The position numbers were made by a program, and so were the translations under genes. A stretch of 56,292 nt of DNA, filler included, from Sphacelaria rigidula (lineage: Eukaryota), in the NCBI GenBank assembly GCA_964200075.2. It is 6 parts of 6 records of this genome, joined end to end, with 100 filler letters (N's around TTAATTAATTAA, not from the genome) between each part and the next. Parts side by side here need not be neighbours in the genome. Positions count along the whole stretch, not along the records: positions 37,598 to 46,895 come from CAXNAA020008811.1; positions 46,996 to 56,292 come from CAXNAA020008812.1; 4 more parts are not named here. One strand, given 5' to 3'. The notes under the pieces are model-generated. The model was not told where the DNA came from, did not search any database, and saw only the letters and a program-made list of their open reading frames with translations. Below are positions 37,881 through 49,454 of the stretch, one piece after another. The stretch's first letter is position 1. Every line of letters begins with the position of its first letter.

Positions 37881-39705
37881 ACACTCTACCCTAATTTGAG
37901 TACCTCATGTCTCCCAAAATATCCCGCAATTGAGTATACTTTCGTTCGATTCGGCGTACTCATATGTTGCTTGCTTTCGTCGTTTGACCAGTGACCACGC
38001 ATCCCTTCAGAGACAAAGTATTTTATTTGCGGGGGCGGGGGGGGGGGGGGGGGGGGGGGGGAGGGGTAATGGGGGGGGACCGGGGGATTTGGTCTTGTTT
38101 ATAGTTTTTTGGTGGGTGTGTGGAAAAAAAAAGCGGCGGAANNNNNNNNGGGGGTGGGGGGGGGGGTGGGGGGGGGGGGGGGGGGGGGGGGTGGGGGTAA
38201 GCAGGGTAATAAGGGATGACCGCGTGCTTTCGCGTTGTTCATACTTTTCTGCGAGTTTTGTGGATCAATCAATCGACGTGAAAGCGCTGACGTTATTCGA
38301 TTGGTGTTGGGAACGACAACAATGTTGCGCAGCCCGCTTTGGTAAGGGTGCAGACTTGAACAAAAAAAAGTGTGTTCCGTAAGACTTGTGTGATGAAAAG
38401 AGTTGCGATCCCTCGCTTGCGTCCGGTAATCTGACGGATTTTGCTTCGACGAGAGTCGACGTGAGTGCCATTCCTGGATCCACCGGAACTACGGACTTCA
38501 ATATTAAAAGCCGACTTGTTTAGTGGGAGATTACCAGGAAGGTGTGTTTTTCTGGCTCAGTTTAGTATGCCTCTTGAGGTTTTACTGTTGGCGACATGAT
38601 CGGCACCAGTAGAAGTCCTGATGGATTGTATTTGTGTAGATCCCACTGCTGTAAAAGTTTAGTGCTGGAATTGACGCTTCGCCACTTTCCCGTATTTCGC
38701 GGAAGCATCTATCAAGATCGCCTTATTTTTCCCGTTTTTTTCAGTTCACTTTGTTGTTCGTGTTCTTCCTTGTCCACCGTTCCCCTTGTCGAGTCTCCTG
38801 TATGTACCTGCTCTACTGTATGGTGTCCTTGGACTTCTCCACTCATGCAGTCTCCTTTTTTTCTGTTCCCTTGTTCTCTCCACATCTCTAATGGTATGTG
38901 TGTTGTTTCCTCCCGGTGAATGCAAGCCGCTGTTTGATGACTCGCTTCCGTAGCATTCATGGGTGAGAGGCCATACCCAAAATAGTGTGGCCGAAATGTA
39001 TGAGCCGGAATCTATCCCCACACCCCTTTACTTTCTGCTCTCGATTGGGTATGAATGCGTTTCCTGTTGCGCAAGACCTTGCCCGCCTGAAGCCGCGTTG
39101 CAGAGGCCGGCCACATACATACTTGTCTTTGTATTATTTTACTTTCTGTTTATTTCACCTTTTTTCTTCCTGCACTCTTATTCAGCGAGTGTTTCCTTTT
39201 TGTTTTTGTCTCGGGTGCGTCTATCGTGTGGATAATGACCACGACTAGATCATGACTTTCTGGGAGATCCGTTAATGTGTGACAATCCAGCAATAAATCA
39301 ATTTAGCAACCTGTAGCGAGTGTTCCCGGTTACATATCTTGGGTGGTACGCTCAGCGTATGTGTAACCACGGCTGGTTTCGTGGTGGATGAGTTGATGTG
39401 CCGCACCTGACCAGTCAATGAAATACACGTGCCCAAGGCCTTGACGTATGTAGTTGGTTTCCGCGACGGCGTTATCCTGCGAACAGTAACTCTCCGCCAA
39501 CAGACGTTGATTTCCGAAGTGTGTGCATTGGAAGCACGGTGTTGTCAGTGCCCGAAATCTCTGTAAGGTTGGTGCTGTCAGGACAGGCCGATAGTCTCGT
39601 GTGTCCTGAAGCTCCTTTTTTTGCCGCATACGCTGCTGACTTGCGCGCTCCGTCTCTCCCCTTCCCTCCCCTTCTCTCTCCCGCCTGTCGTTTGCCGGAC
39701 AACAG

Positions 39706-39774
39706 ATTGCTGCCCCGTCTCCGCTGGCTGCAAACTTTACGCTGCATGTGCACACCAACAGCGAGCTGTGGGAG
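39706..39774 (+). CDS. Exon of probable USP9X/USP24/USP34-type deubiquitinase (start of a UBL-like domain)
   Basis: Pyrimidine tract with CAACAG acceptor, GAG|GTGAGT donor; IAAPSPLAANFTLHVHTNSELWE; phase 0-0. Confidence 0.75.
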
Positions 39775-40282
39775 GTGAGTGCACGGTGCAGTATCGAGGA
39801 TTTTGGCGCCAACCGGTATCAACTTGCTGTAGTTGTCATTGACTAAACGTGTATAGAACAATAGCTGTTTTGTATTGATGGGTGTATGAAGAAAAAAGAA
39901 ATACTCTCTTTTTCTTGCCCGTGCCCGCTAACATCATGTTGGTCTTGTGACAATATGGCAGACGGAGAATTGGCTCACGGAAAATACGGAGACATGAAGT
40001 TCCATGATTAACCGCCTCAGAATCATGTGCTGTATGACGAGTAACAACAACGGCGAGCCAAGCCCGGCTCCAGCACCGCCATCCATAATATTGCTGGTTC
40101 AATGACGCATGCTATCACGGCCCAATCCCCCCCCCCCCCCTCGCCCCTCCCCACCTGGAGGGCTGGTGTCGGTTGGAAACGACGCTGTATAACACGCAAC
40201 TCGCAACGTGATATAAAGCAAGCAGGTGACCGTTTAATTTTCATCCTCGTTTTTTTGCGGTAAGCACCACTGGTGATGGAGT

Positions 40283-40655
40283 CAGATACATGGTGCGGGG
40301 TGGATAATCTCAACGCCACGCAAAGGAGATGCTCGTACCACGTAGTGTTGTCATAGCAAGATACCCGTGAGGCAGTGTGTCACCCGTGGCTGTCTCTGAA
40401 AGTGGCGAGACCAGATAACGAAGCGACTCGTTCGAGGCTGTCATCCATGTGCAAGATACTCGGGACGCTTGGGGCCGAGCAATCTCAGCAGGATGTAGCT
40501 CACTCTTCATGCGACTCGCCGAGCACATCACGGCGCTTCGCGCTTGGTAACTGACTGCGAACCTGGTCCGCTGAAAACCCGGTATGCTCCGTCCTGACGT
40601 CGTAGGGATGCGAAGTCAACAGTTTCATGACTACGGCTTGCAAAATAATGAGTAT
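40283..40655 (+). mobile_element. Family A longest copy (may extend left to about 40156)
   Basis: Aligns with 45925-46290(-), 11317-11510(-), 6924-7058 and 9225-9300; ends ATAATGAGTAT then CCGTCCCTCCCCCGCC; a similar C-rich tract lies at 40126-40155. Confidence 0.75.
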
Positions 40656-40696
40656 CCGTCCCTCCCCCGCCAACCCCCTTCTCCCCCAACATGCAG

Positions 40697-40878
40697 GTCC
40701 GAAAACGGATCGCAGCAATGGCAAGACTGCCGATGAAAATGGTGGAGCTGCAGTTAACACGAGGGAAGAGTAATGAGGCCGGGGTGGGTTTCTCGGCGAA
40801 TGAGAGCGACAATGAAAAGCGGAGCGTTGAGGGTCTAGATCGGGATAACTCGAGAAGAGTAGGGGAGCTAGACATTCG
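40697..40878 (+). CDS. Exon of probable USP-type deubiquitinase (UBL-like)
   Basis: ATGCAG acceptor, CG|GTGAGT donor; VRKRIAAMARLPMKMVEL...DNSRRVGELDI; phase 0-2. Confidence 0.8.
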
Positions 40879-43267
40879 GTGAGTTTTTGTGTCTTTTCGT
40901 TTCAATGTGAGGTGCGCTTGCTTGATTTGTATTCATGAGTGCTGTTGTTTATGTTTTTGTGGTGTTTGTTCTCGTCATACTGTCAACTGCTCCGAGAGTC
41001 GGCACGGTAGAGAAGGACTCTGCAGATACTCTTGAGATTTCTCGGGGTCCGTCTTACTCTAGTTCACCAGAGTACCCCGAGTGTCGATCACCCGCACAAC
41101 TCGGTGTTGTACTCAGCCTATTCCGTAACATACTCATTCCTGCGAGTACCTGTCGTGCCCACTCCCCGAGATACCGGGTATTCCAAAGTATCGGGGTGCC
41201 TACTGCCGAAAACACTGAGTAATCTCGAGTACCCCGAGTACCCACCATCCGAAATACTCAGTATTTCGAGTACCAGGAGTATCAACTACCCGAAATGCTG
41301 AGCACTCTACAGTTCTTGGAGCACCGACTGCCGAAATACTGGGTATTCTAGAACAGCTGTTGTACCTGTCTAGGGCCACCGAATATAACAAATATGTACA
41401 ATCGCCGTGCCCAGCCAACGGTGCTCGGCCAGAGGTACACCAGTACCCTATGGACATCGTGCTCCATGCACACAGCAGGCGGAAGCTCCCGCCGATTTCG
41501 CGGTACCTGTACGAGTTATGGATGGTGCAATAGTGCCGCAATGTACTGGCTGGACTGCGTGCTGTGCACTGATTATTTCTCACTGTACCGGATATACACA
41601 GTAATTGCAGCATACGGTACGTCGTACAGTACAGTAAAGTACAGTGAAGCTTACCGGAAAATGCAGAAACTCTCCAACTTAGTAGCCCTCCGGGTGCCCG
41701 TGTTCGAGTTCGTGTTCCGAACCCACAGAAAAGTGATTATTTTATCACATTGGTTTATCTTGGGGAGATCTATCCTTTGACGACGGCGGCGTCCCTCGGG
41801 GATGAGTCAATGTGCAACAGTCAAACAATCAATGAGCTGATCGTCTTGCGTAGCTCAGGTTTTGAGCTACTCTGCTGTATGCTTTTTTTGTCGCGGCGCC
41901 CTGTATCTATTTTGGTTACTCCTGCGATGAACGCGGTTGACTTGTTTGCAGGACGTCTTCCTGTAACTGTGCTGCAGCCAGGGCCGCTCCTGACGGCATC
42001 CACACCCATGCTCTTAACTCGTCGTCAGCCGACGAAAGCCATTCACAACGTCAGCGTGATATCCAGTCTCGACAGTATTACGGTCAGATCTTTTCTACAG
42101 GCTGTTCCACCTTCATCAGCCGTTCTTGGGAGTTGGACCCGCAAAATTTCGCAATTTTGCCATGGTTCTCTACGCAACTTTCGATCGACGAGGTTTTCTC
42201 ACCATGTTTTTTTACCGGTTTTGGGGGGGTCCCAGGGTTCTCGGAGACCCTGGACCCCGCGGGACCTCCGTAAACCGGTGAAAAACAAATATTTCCTATA
42301 GTACGTGTGCAAAATGTCATGGTGTAACTCCTATAAATGGCGTGAAGTTTTCCATTTCTGTGTGATGAAGTGAGCTCGTAACACTCAAACGCCGAACTAC
42401 TTGATTTTGGTATTAAACACCTTTATCGGATATGTTGAGAAGTACTGTACGAGATTTTCGAGTATCGCGACCAAACTTGATACATCTGTTCCTTGGACTA
42501 CCCCGGATGCATGATATTCGGCTTTTTTGTTTCGAGCCATTCTGTACCGTCTTCTGGGCGTCGTCACGCTGGGACCCCCGGAATCCGGTGAAGAGCGGAG
42601 AAACTCTGGAAGGTGTCAACAACATATATACTTTTTCCATTTGGAGCACCAATATTACGGAACTGCCAAGTTTGAGCCCGATCTAAGCTGCTCTACGACA
42701 TCTGTAAGGGAAACCTTCCTGGGTCTTTTGTGTGTATTTTCAATAGAAATACGACGACGCCAGAAAGCCACAACACCGAAATACTACGGTTTGGGATTAA
42801 ACTCGATCCCATAGTAACCAATTCTGAAAAAAAATACTGCTAAACTCTCGTGCAAATGGCGGTCATCACGATTTCAAGTATGTGGAGATTGGGGAGAATA
42901 TGTGTTGAGAATTCGTTATTCACGATTTCAGAACAATTTGAAGGGCGCTGATTGCTCGAGTAACCTTTTCGCCCTTAGCCCCACCGATATGGCCTTGACA
43001 GAAATCCAGCCATATCACCCTCTTCGTCTGTTCATTGCGGTCAGTATGATACCATGTGTGCGACTATTGGGTAGGTATTGCGGAAGGCAGTTTCTAGTGA
43101 CACAATTTTGGGTGATGAGCGTGAATCAGCCAGTATAGAATGGCTGTCCCGTGTGTCGGACCTCGCGTTGTCCAATTTCTCGGGTTTTCTACTGTCTGAC
43201 TGAATATCTTGTGTGCTCCTCGGCGGGTTCCGTTTGCTCGGGACCGGATGGTGATGCTGGGGTACAG

Positions 43268-43397
43268 GGATGGTGACGTTCTGATGGTGTCTAGGCGAGT
43301 AGGGCCTACGATGTCCAGGGCGCCGCTGCTCGACGGTGATGGGGAGCTGCTACCGAAGCCGAAGGCGATTTTCGAGCAGTGGTTCTACGACTTTGCG
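43268..43397 (+). CDS. Exon of probable USP-type deubiquitinase
   Basis: GTACAG acceptor (phase 2), GCG|GTGTGT donor; DGDVLMVSRR...APLLDGDGELLPKPKAIFEQWFYDFA. Confidence 0.8.
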
Positions 43398-44758
43398 GTG
43401 TGTGTGCTTCCGTATGTGTATTGCGTGTATACTAATGTACCCTCCTTTTTTTTCTTCTTTTTTGCACGAGACGTGACGAGTGCGTAGGAGTAGTGTGCAT
43501 GTAGACGGTACCGGGGGAGAGGTTGGTTGATTTATCGAGACCACTCACTCATCATGATGAAGAGGATGGGGGACCAAAGGTATGGCGAGTAAAAAGAGAA
43601 GACGATCAGTACAGATCAGTGTGTACAAGGCATCGGCGGCAAAGTGATGGGTTTTGAAACGCCTGCTGCTTGCTTCACCGTGAAATTGTTTTCGCATCAT
43701 TCGTAGTTTTGTGTGCTCATCTTTGTCGACTCATTTTTTTTATTTTTCATCTTGGGTACATCTGTACTGCGACCACAGCTGGTTCCGGGGGCCCCAGCTA
43801 ATGTGCTACAATGAATCAATTTGATGGTATAGTCTCTGGGTATGATATTGCTTCAGTCTCCAGACATTTTATAACCTTCGAACGGCGTATTTCGAAACGT
43901 GACCTTCCCGGCACCCGATACGGATTGACTGATATTCTGGGTGATCGATTGTCGCACATCAGCTGATCCGTTTCGAATCCAGCAGACAAAAAAGATGGGT
44001 TCCGTAAGCATCACTTGTGTTGATGAGTATCGTAATCGGTGTTAGCATGTGCACCGTAATTGGCGAGTAAATGTTTTCTTCTGCAGGAAGCACTGTCACG
44101 GGGTGTACAGGAATATTGGGTATGCAAGGGCGGCCCAGGCTGTAATTTTGAACCCCAAGAAAACGTGTAACTACGTGGTGATTCTGAAAAAAAGTGCTAT
44201 CGATAATCACTTTCTGTTAGTGCAATCCATCATCACGTGGTTATAGTATCGTGTGAAACTGGGTCATGTATCGGAACGTTTTGCGTTTGTCCTCATCCTT
44301 CCTGTGTCGCTGGAATCGATGGTGTCACGGCTGTACCTTTTTAGCAAAGTTGAATGCTGGTGATTTTCCTTTCCATCAAGGGTGAGAATCGGAAACCTCC
44401 AGCAAACCAAACACCCAGTTCGTCGTTTGATGATCAAGTCATCGAGGAAGATATCATCATTGAGGTAGTTTTCGCCATATTTTCCCCTAAACTGTATTTT
44501 TACCTTGAAGATCGTGACTAGTTCAGGCATTGGTTACTTGAAGCGGTCTGTTACCCTCCTCATTCCTCATTTTTCGTACACAGAAGGCTTCTTGTTATTT
44601 TTAGTGCGCTTCGCAAGAGCAAGCGTGCCCAACAAACACCAGCGCAGCGAGGGCTTGCTTTGTCGCTCTGTACAAACCAACTCTACTTCACGAGACATAC
44701 GTGAAGAACTGATGTCGGATATCGGGAACCATGTTGTTCCTATTGGTTTGCAACCCAG

Positions 44759-44862
44759 AATCCCCAAGGCCATATGGATAGAGTCGGCGCCGCCGGCTTC
44801 ATCGACAGCTGCTGCCGGGACAACTGCAAACCCACGGACGACCGCGTGGACAGGTTCTTCAG
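44759..44862 (+). CDS. Exon of probable USP-type deubiquitinase (EF-hand-like region)
   Basis: ACCCAG acceptor, AG|GTGAGC donor; NPQGHMDRVGAAGFIDSCCRDNCKPTDDRVDRFF; this frame is absent from the ORF track. Confidence 0.75.
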
Positions 44863-45261
44863 GTGAGCCTCACCCGTTCTCCGTGCCAGCTTGAACGATT
44901 TTGGCGCGACATGTCGTGTATCGACCTTGGATTGACTGCCAGCTTTTGTGACACACGACCGCCGTGTTCGACTCCTCGTGCGCGCGACCTATTCTCGGAA
45001 CAGTTCATCATCACCATTTTTGGTTCATTTACTCCACTTGTCATACCTGACTTTATCTGTGTAAAGTTCCCATTTTGTCGAGTTTCCTTTAGCGAGGTTC
45101 TACTGTTTCCGTTTCTCTAACCTCGGGTACGTCCATGTTGTGGCCATGGCCGGGTCTCTCGGGGGTCAGTTAACGGGCGACACCCAATCGATATATCAGT
45201 GTCTATTTCACCCCCCTCGGCGCTAGGCCTCTTTTCGGTACAGTATCATCAACTGAAAAAA

Positions 45262-45533
45262 ACTCGATGTTGTGTTTTGTAGGGTATACCCGGAAGTGGG
45301 GATTTTTTGTTGGCACACTAAACGACGCTGGAATGTGTACCGAACATTCCGGTATAGTCCGGCAGGGTATCGAACCCTGTTCCGAACATTCCGGTATAGT
45401 TCGGCAGGGTATCGAACCCTGTTCCGAACACACCGGTATGGCCCGGAATGGTATTTACCCATGAAATACCTCCTTCATTCTTGTGTGAATACCCAGATTT
45501 ACAGCCGGCATACCGTACAGAACACAACTCTGG
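45262..45533. mobile_element. MITE-like element with internal 42-bp tandem repeat
   Basis: GTTGTGTTTTGTAGGGTATACCCG mirrored by CGGCATACCGTACAGAACACAAC; about 2.4 copies of CCGAACATTCCGGTATAGTYCGGCAGGGTATCGAACCCTGTT at 45340-45440. Confidence 0.7.
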
Positions 45534-45924
45534 GAAAACTCCTGCTTGCTTGCGAGCACCATCCGCAGTGGCAATATGTGCCGTGTACTAAGTGATCCCA
45601 AATCGCTGAATCACGTGGTCGTTCGACCAAAGCAATTGTTTTTCACATATTTTGAGTGGTCTACCGGAGATCAATCTGAGGTGACTTGGCGCCCTTGAGC
45701 ACTAAAGAGATCAAACGAAACGCATGGATCGTGGGTTGGGGAGCGTGAGAAGATGCTTCTTCTGTCCCATAATTATGTTCGGTTATGCTTGTACGTGCTC
45801 TCAACTACGCCCGATAGTGTTTACAATTCCATTTTTTGATGAGCATCTCCATAATTTCATCTCTTTACCGATCCTCACTATAGCATGGTAAGCGCCTCCG
45901 CTCGGGAGACCTACAGTACACCCC

Positions 45925-46290
45925 ATAAACGACTGCATCCCGTAGTCGTAAAACCATTGACCTCGCATCCCTGCAAAGCCGGGACAATGCACGCCGGGTT
46001 TTCGCAGGACCAGGCTCGCAGTCACCAAGCGCGAGGCGTTGTGATGTGTTCGGCGAGAGTCGCATGAGGGGTAATATTCATCGTGCTGATATTGTTCGGG
46101 CGGAAACGTACCAACTATCTCGCGCAAGGACGACAGCCTCGAATGAGTTGCTTCATCTTTTGCCATCGTTACTTCCAGAGACAGCCACTGGTTACACTGC
46201 CTCACGGGCGTGTCACAATTTCAACACTACGCAATACGATCATCGCCTTTGCGCGGCATTGGGGTTCTCCCACCCCGCACAATATGATCT
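45925..46290 (-). mobile_element. Family A long copy
   Basis: Reverse-complement colinear with 40283-40645; terminal bases diverge from the family consensus. Confidence 0.75.
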
Positions 46291-46895
46291 ACAATAGTGG
46301 GCGGTCTAACTTATCATTTTGTGGCATTTTGCGACTTTGTCATAATTGGCGATTTTCTTGGGTTGTTGTCGCTGGTCACCACCTATCACATTGGGGATCT
46401 GAAGATATTTGTATCCACTCCACATTCCAAGAGAAAAATCATATGAACTCAATATTGAGGGACTTATGGGCTGACCGGTCAGCGGGAGTCCTGCCACGTT
46501 TCAGCCAGATTCTTACTCTTTGATATTTTCAGTCGTTTGAGTCTGTCCCGATCAAATTTGTGAAGAAATGTACAGTTTTATTTTTTTGAAATTCTACCTA
46601 CTCATTGCACTAGAGCCGAAAAACTGTGTTTCACGGTCAAAAACACCCTCCTGATTAACGGGATATTCACTCGTACCGCCCGATAACACAAACTAACACT
46701 GACTTCTGCACTTTGTTTCGAGGGTGATTTATTCATCGTACCAAAATCTACCGACGCTAGCAATGTCGAGTTCTATCGAAGAGTAGTACGCGAGGAAAAC
46801 CCCAGAACACCCCTGAATAGTTCACACGTCGGACAGATCAGTTTCTATGCGATCCAGCTCCTACAGGTGAAGTATGAACACACTTGTGTACCTGA

Positions 46896-46995
46896 NNNNN
46901 NNNNNNNNNNNNNNNNNNNNNNNNNNNNNNNNNNNNNNNTTAATTAATTAANNNNNNNNNNNNNNNNNNNNNNNNNNNNNNNNNNNNNNNNNNNN
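46896..46995. other. Artificial contig linker
   Basis: Same spacer. Confidence 0.99.
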
Positions 46996-48348
46996 GGGGG
47001 GCGGGGGGGGGGGGGTATAAACTGTTTTCCAGTCTGTAAGGGCCCTTGGTATACTGCTTCAGGATCATCAATTGCCTCCCTCCTTTCCATGTTTTTTGCT
47101 CTTCACGTCAATCATGAAACCTTGGCTGGACCCCTGGGGGTCAGTTCAAGTGCGACATTCAATCAATTATTCAACGACCCAGGACGCCGAGCACGCCGAG
47201 TAGGGCGAAGGTTGCGCTTTGGCTTTTCTGACTCAGCGGTTACAAATTTTGTGTTTTTGGACCCAACGGATCCGAGTTTTTTGTACAGTTGTTTCAGGAA
47301 AGTAAGTGTTGAATCTTTCGTCCCTCCGTGTTCGGTTTCGCGGGGTTTTCTTCAACTTGACCCTTGGGCCGCGAGGGTAGTCCATCTACATCATACATAC
47401 TTTTTTCAAGTGAACTTGATGTTGATTCAACCGATGACATACTTGCGCCTTCGCAAGGGTTGAACTCACCATGCGTTCCCCGATCCATCACACGCACAAA
47501 CTCTGGCAATTCTACACGGGATTTTTACAAGTCAGTGAGAGGAGAGCTGCGCATAGAAACTAGGAAAGGGGCAAAGTCAGATGTGTCTCCAGGCAAACTA
47601 ACTAGACCTGACGCCTTCGTCTTTTTGTCGCTTGACTCTTGCCAGTAGTCTTGCAGTATATTAGTGAATCCAGGCACCTATGGTTACTTTCATTCGTCCT
47701 CATGCATGCGTGGCCCTGCTCCCCTTCCCGTCTTCGCACCATCACATAAAAATGAAGAACCTAGCAAAGGGAGCAATGTCACAACAAGCAACGGGCGATC
47801 TTCTCACTCCATACGGACATTGCCTCCTCACATCAACAACACCAAAAGTACCAGCACCACGAATACGACCATGTGCCGACGTTCGTACTTCCATAGATAC
47901 TCGGAGGCCGCTCCTTCAACCGCATGCCAAAGCGACCCGCACCCACACATACCCAGCTCCCCGCTATCATGGTCCACTAACTACCCCAGCGGCTGGACAT
48001 AGCAGGAATGCGCGCTGCGTTTCCCAAGGCCAAACAAAATGTAGGCAGCATCGGCCGGATCCAGAGAGTGCAATGTTTCCTGCTAGAAACAAGATTACGA
48101 CATGTGTGTTCATTGCAACTCATCTCGACAACAACTCTCGGTGCTATCAAAATCCACGTCCATGTAACAGAATGTGGCGGTACACCAGCATACCGGGCAA
48201 GGCGGACGTTTTCCTTTCAACGAAAACGCAAGAAAAATATGACAACACAGGAAAGACTAGTCATGCTACGCATGTTCTATGGCACCGCGGAGACGGAGGA
48301 GGAAGGCCGACCGCTCCCCGTTTATGTAGGAAAGGAAGAGAAACCTTC

Positions 48349-48459
48349 TCAGAACTTTCCGTCTCGGTCGTGAGGCTCCTTCAGCGTCGACAGGAAGTCC
48401 GGCCCCACGGGAATGATGGAGAACGTGTTGAGCGCCTTGTGGCTCGTGTAGTAATGCCT
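48349..48459 (-). CDS. Last exon of glutathionyl-hydroquinone reductase (Xi-class GST, YqjG/Ecm4/PcpF family)
   Basis: GTGTAG acceptor; RHYYTSHKALNTFSIIPVGPDFLSTLKEPHDRDGKF*; matches the family C-terminal HIKxHYYxSHxxINPxxIxPxGP motif; frame absent from the ORF track. Confidence 0.9.
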   Translation of the reverse strand, partial: RHYYTSHKALNTFSIIPVGPDFLSTLKEPHDRDGKF

Positions 48460-49166
48460 CTACACGATCGGAGGCAGGCACGCAGGCGCGCAGTCCAGCA
48501 CGTGGGCATGGGGCACAAAACGTCAGAAGGCAGAGGAAGCACAGACAACGTTAGGTGGGGAAAATAAAAGATTGACCGAGAACGGCGACAAAAAGCCGAG
48601 GAGAAAACTCCGCAAGGTAACGCACCCCCGCACACCATACACCCGGGAAAAAAAACGCAGACAGACAGTACACCACAACTCAGGTGATCACGAAAGGTGG
48701 TTCAACTATTTAAAACAAACGAGGCCAAAACAACGGTGTCTCCCCGACGTGAGACTTGCTACACTGCACACTAGCCATGCTTCGTTATAGTCATTTCTTG
48801 GGTACGTCTATCATGAGACCACGGCTGGACCCCTGGGGGGTCAGCGAGGTCGACAGTGTGCAGGAGCGCTGATTCAACGGTCGGTAGCATCTTCCCGAGC
48901 AGGCGCCGCAGGAGAGTCAGGTCCAGTCCCTTGAGATCACAGACTTGTCCCCCAGAGGAGGGGGGGACGCTGAAAGTATGTTGCTGTGGACGCCTCCGGC
49001 AGAGGTTCGGTAGGCAGGTTGGTCGACAACCCCCCCCCCCCCGCCCAATAAAGATGAAACGACTCAATTGTATCAACCTCCGCAAAGATTTGACTGGACA
49101 CATCAGAGTAAATGAACGAAGCGATCCATCAAATAAACAAGCATCAGCAACAAAGAACAAAGGAAC

Positions 49167-49442
49167 TGTCAAGGTTGCAGAAATATCGAGCAGGACTGCA
49201 CTACTGTACTGTACTGCTATCTACATGACGTGAAATCTTAGAATATGCGCAGGATTTATGAGTGTTACTGGCGTCTCTGTAACTACCGCAACTGCTGTTG
49301 TGAAATAGCCATGGCAATGGCCGGCTGCTCTAATTCACTCTAATGTTTGATTTCCCTGCTGCGCCTGTGCCAACTACTGCTGTTGGAGAAACTGAGCTGC
49401 CTTGCGTTATACCGCATGCTCCTCGAGTACAGCATTCCGTCA
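49167..49442 (+). repeat. 5' LTR
   Basis: TGTCAAG...CATTCCGTCA; colinear with 53851-54519 once the SINE is removed. Confidence 0.88.
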
Positions 49443-49454
49443 GGTTATGAGCCT
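49443..49454 (+). other. Primer-binding site, internal (half-molecule) tRNA-iMet type
   Basis: GGTTATGAGCC is complementary to the tRNA-iMet anticodon arm GGCUCAUAACC, as in yeast Ty5 and Drosophila copia. Confidence 0.8.

Noticed and set aside
38030-38200. Gly-rich protein or telomere-like G-rich tract
   Set aside because: Low-quality homopolymer region containing Ns, with no regular repeat unit
38910-39125. Possible second SINE/RTE 3' end with a CATACATAC tail
   Set aside because: Single copy in the window, with no TSD or promoter boxes identified
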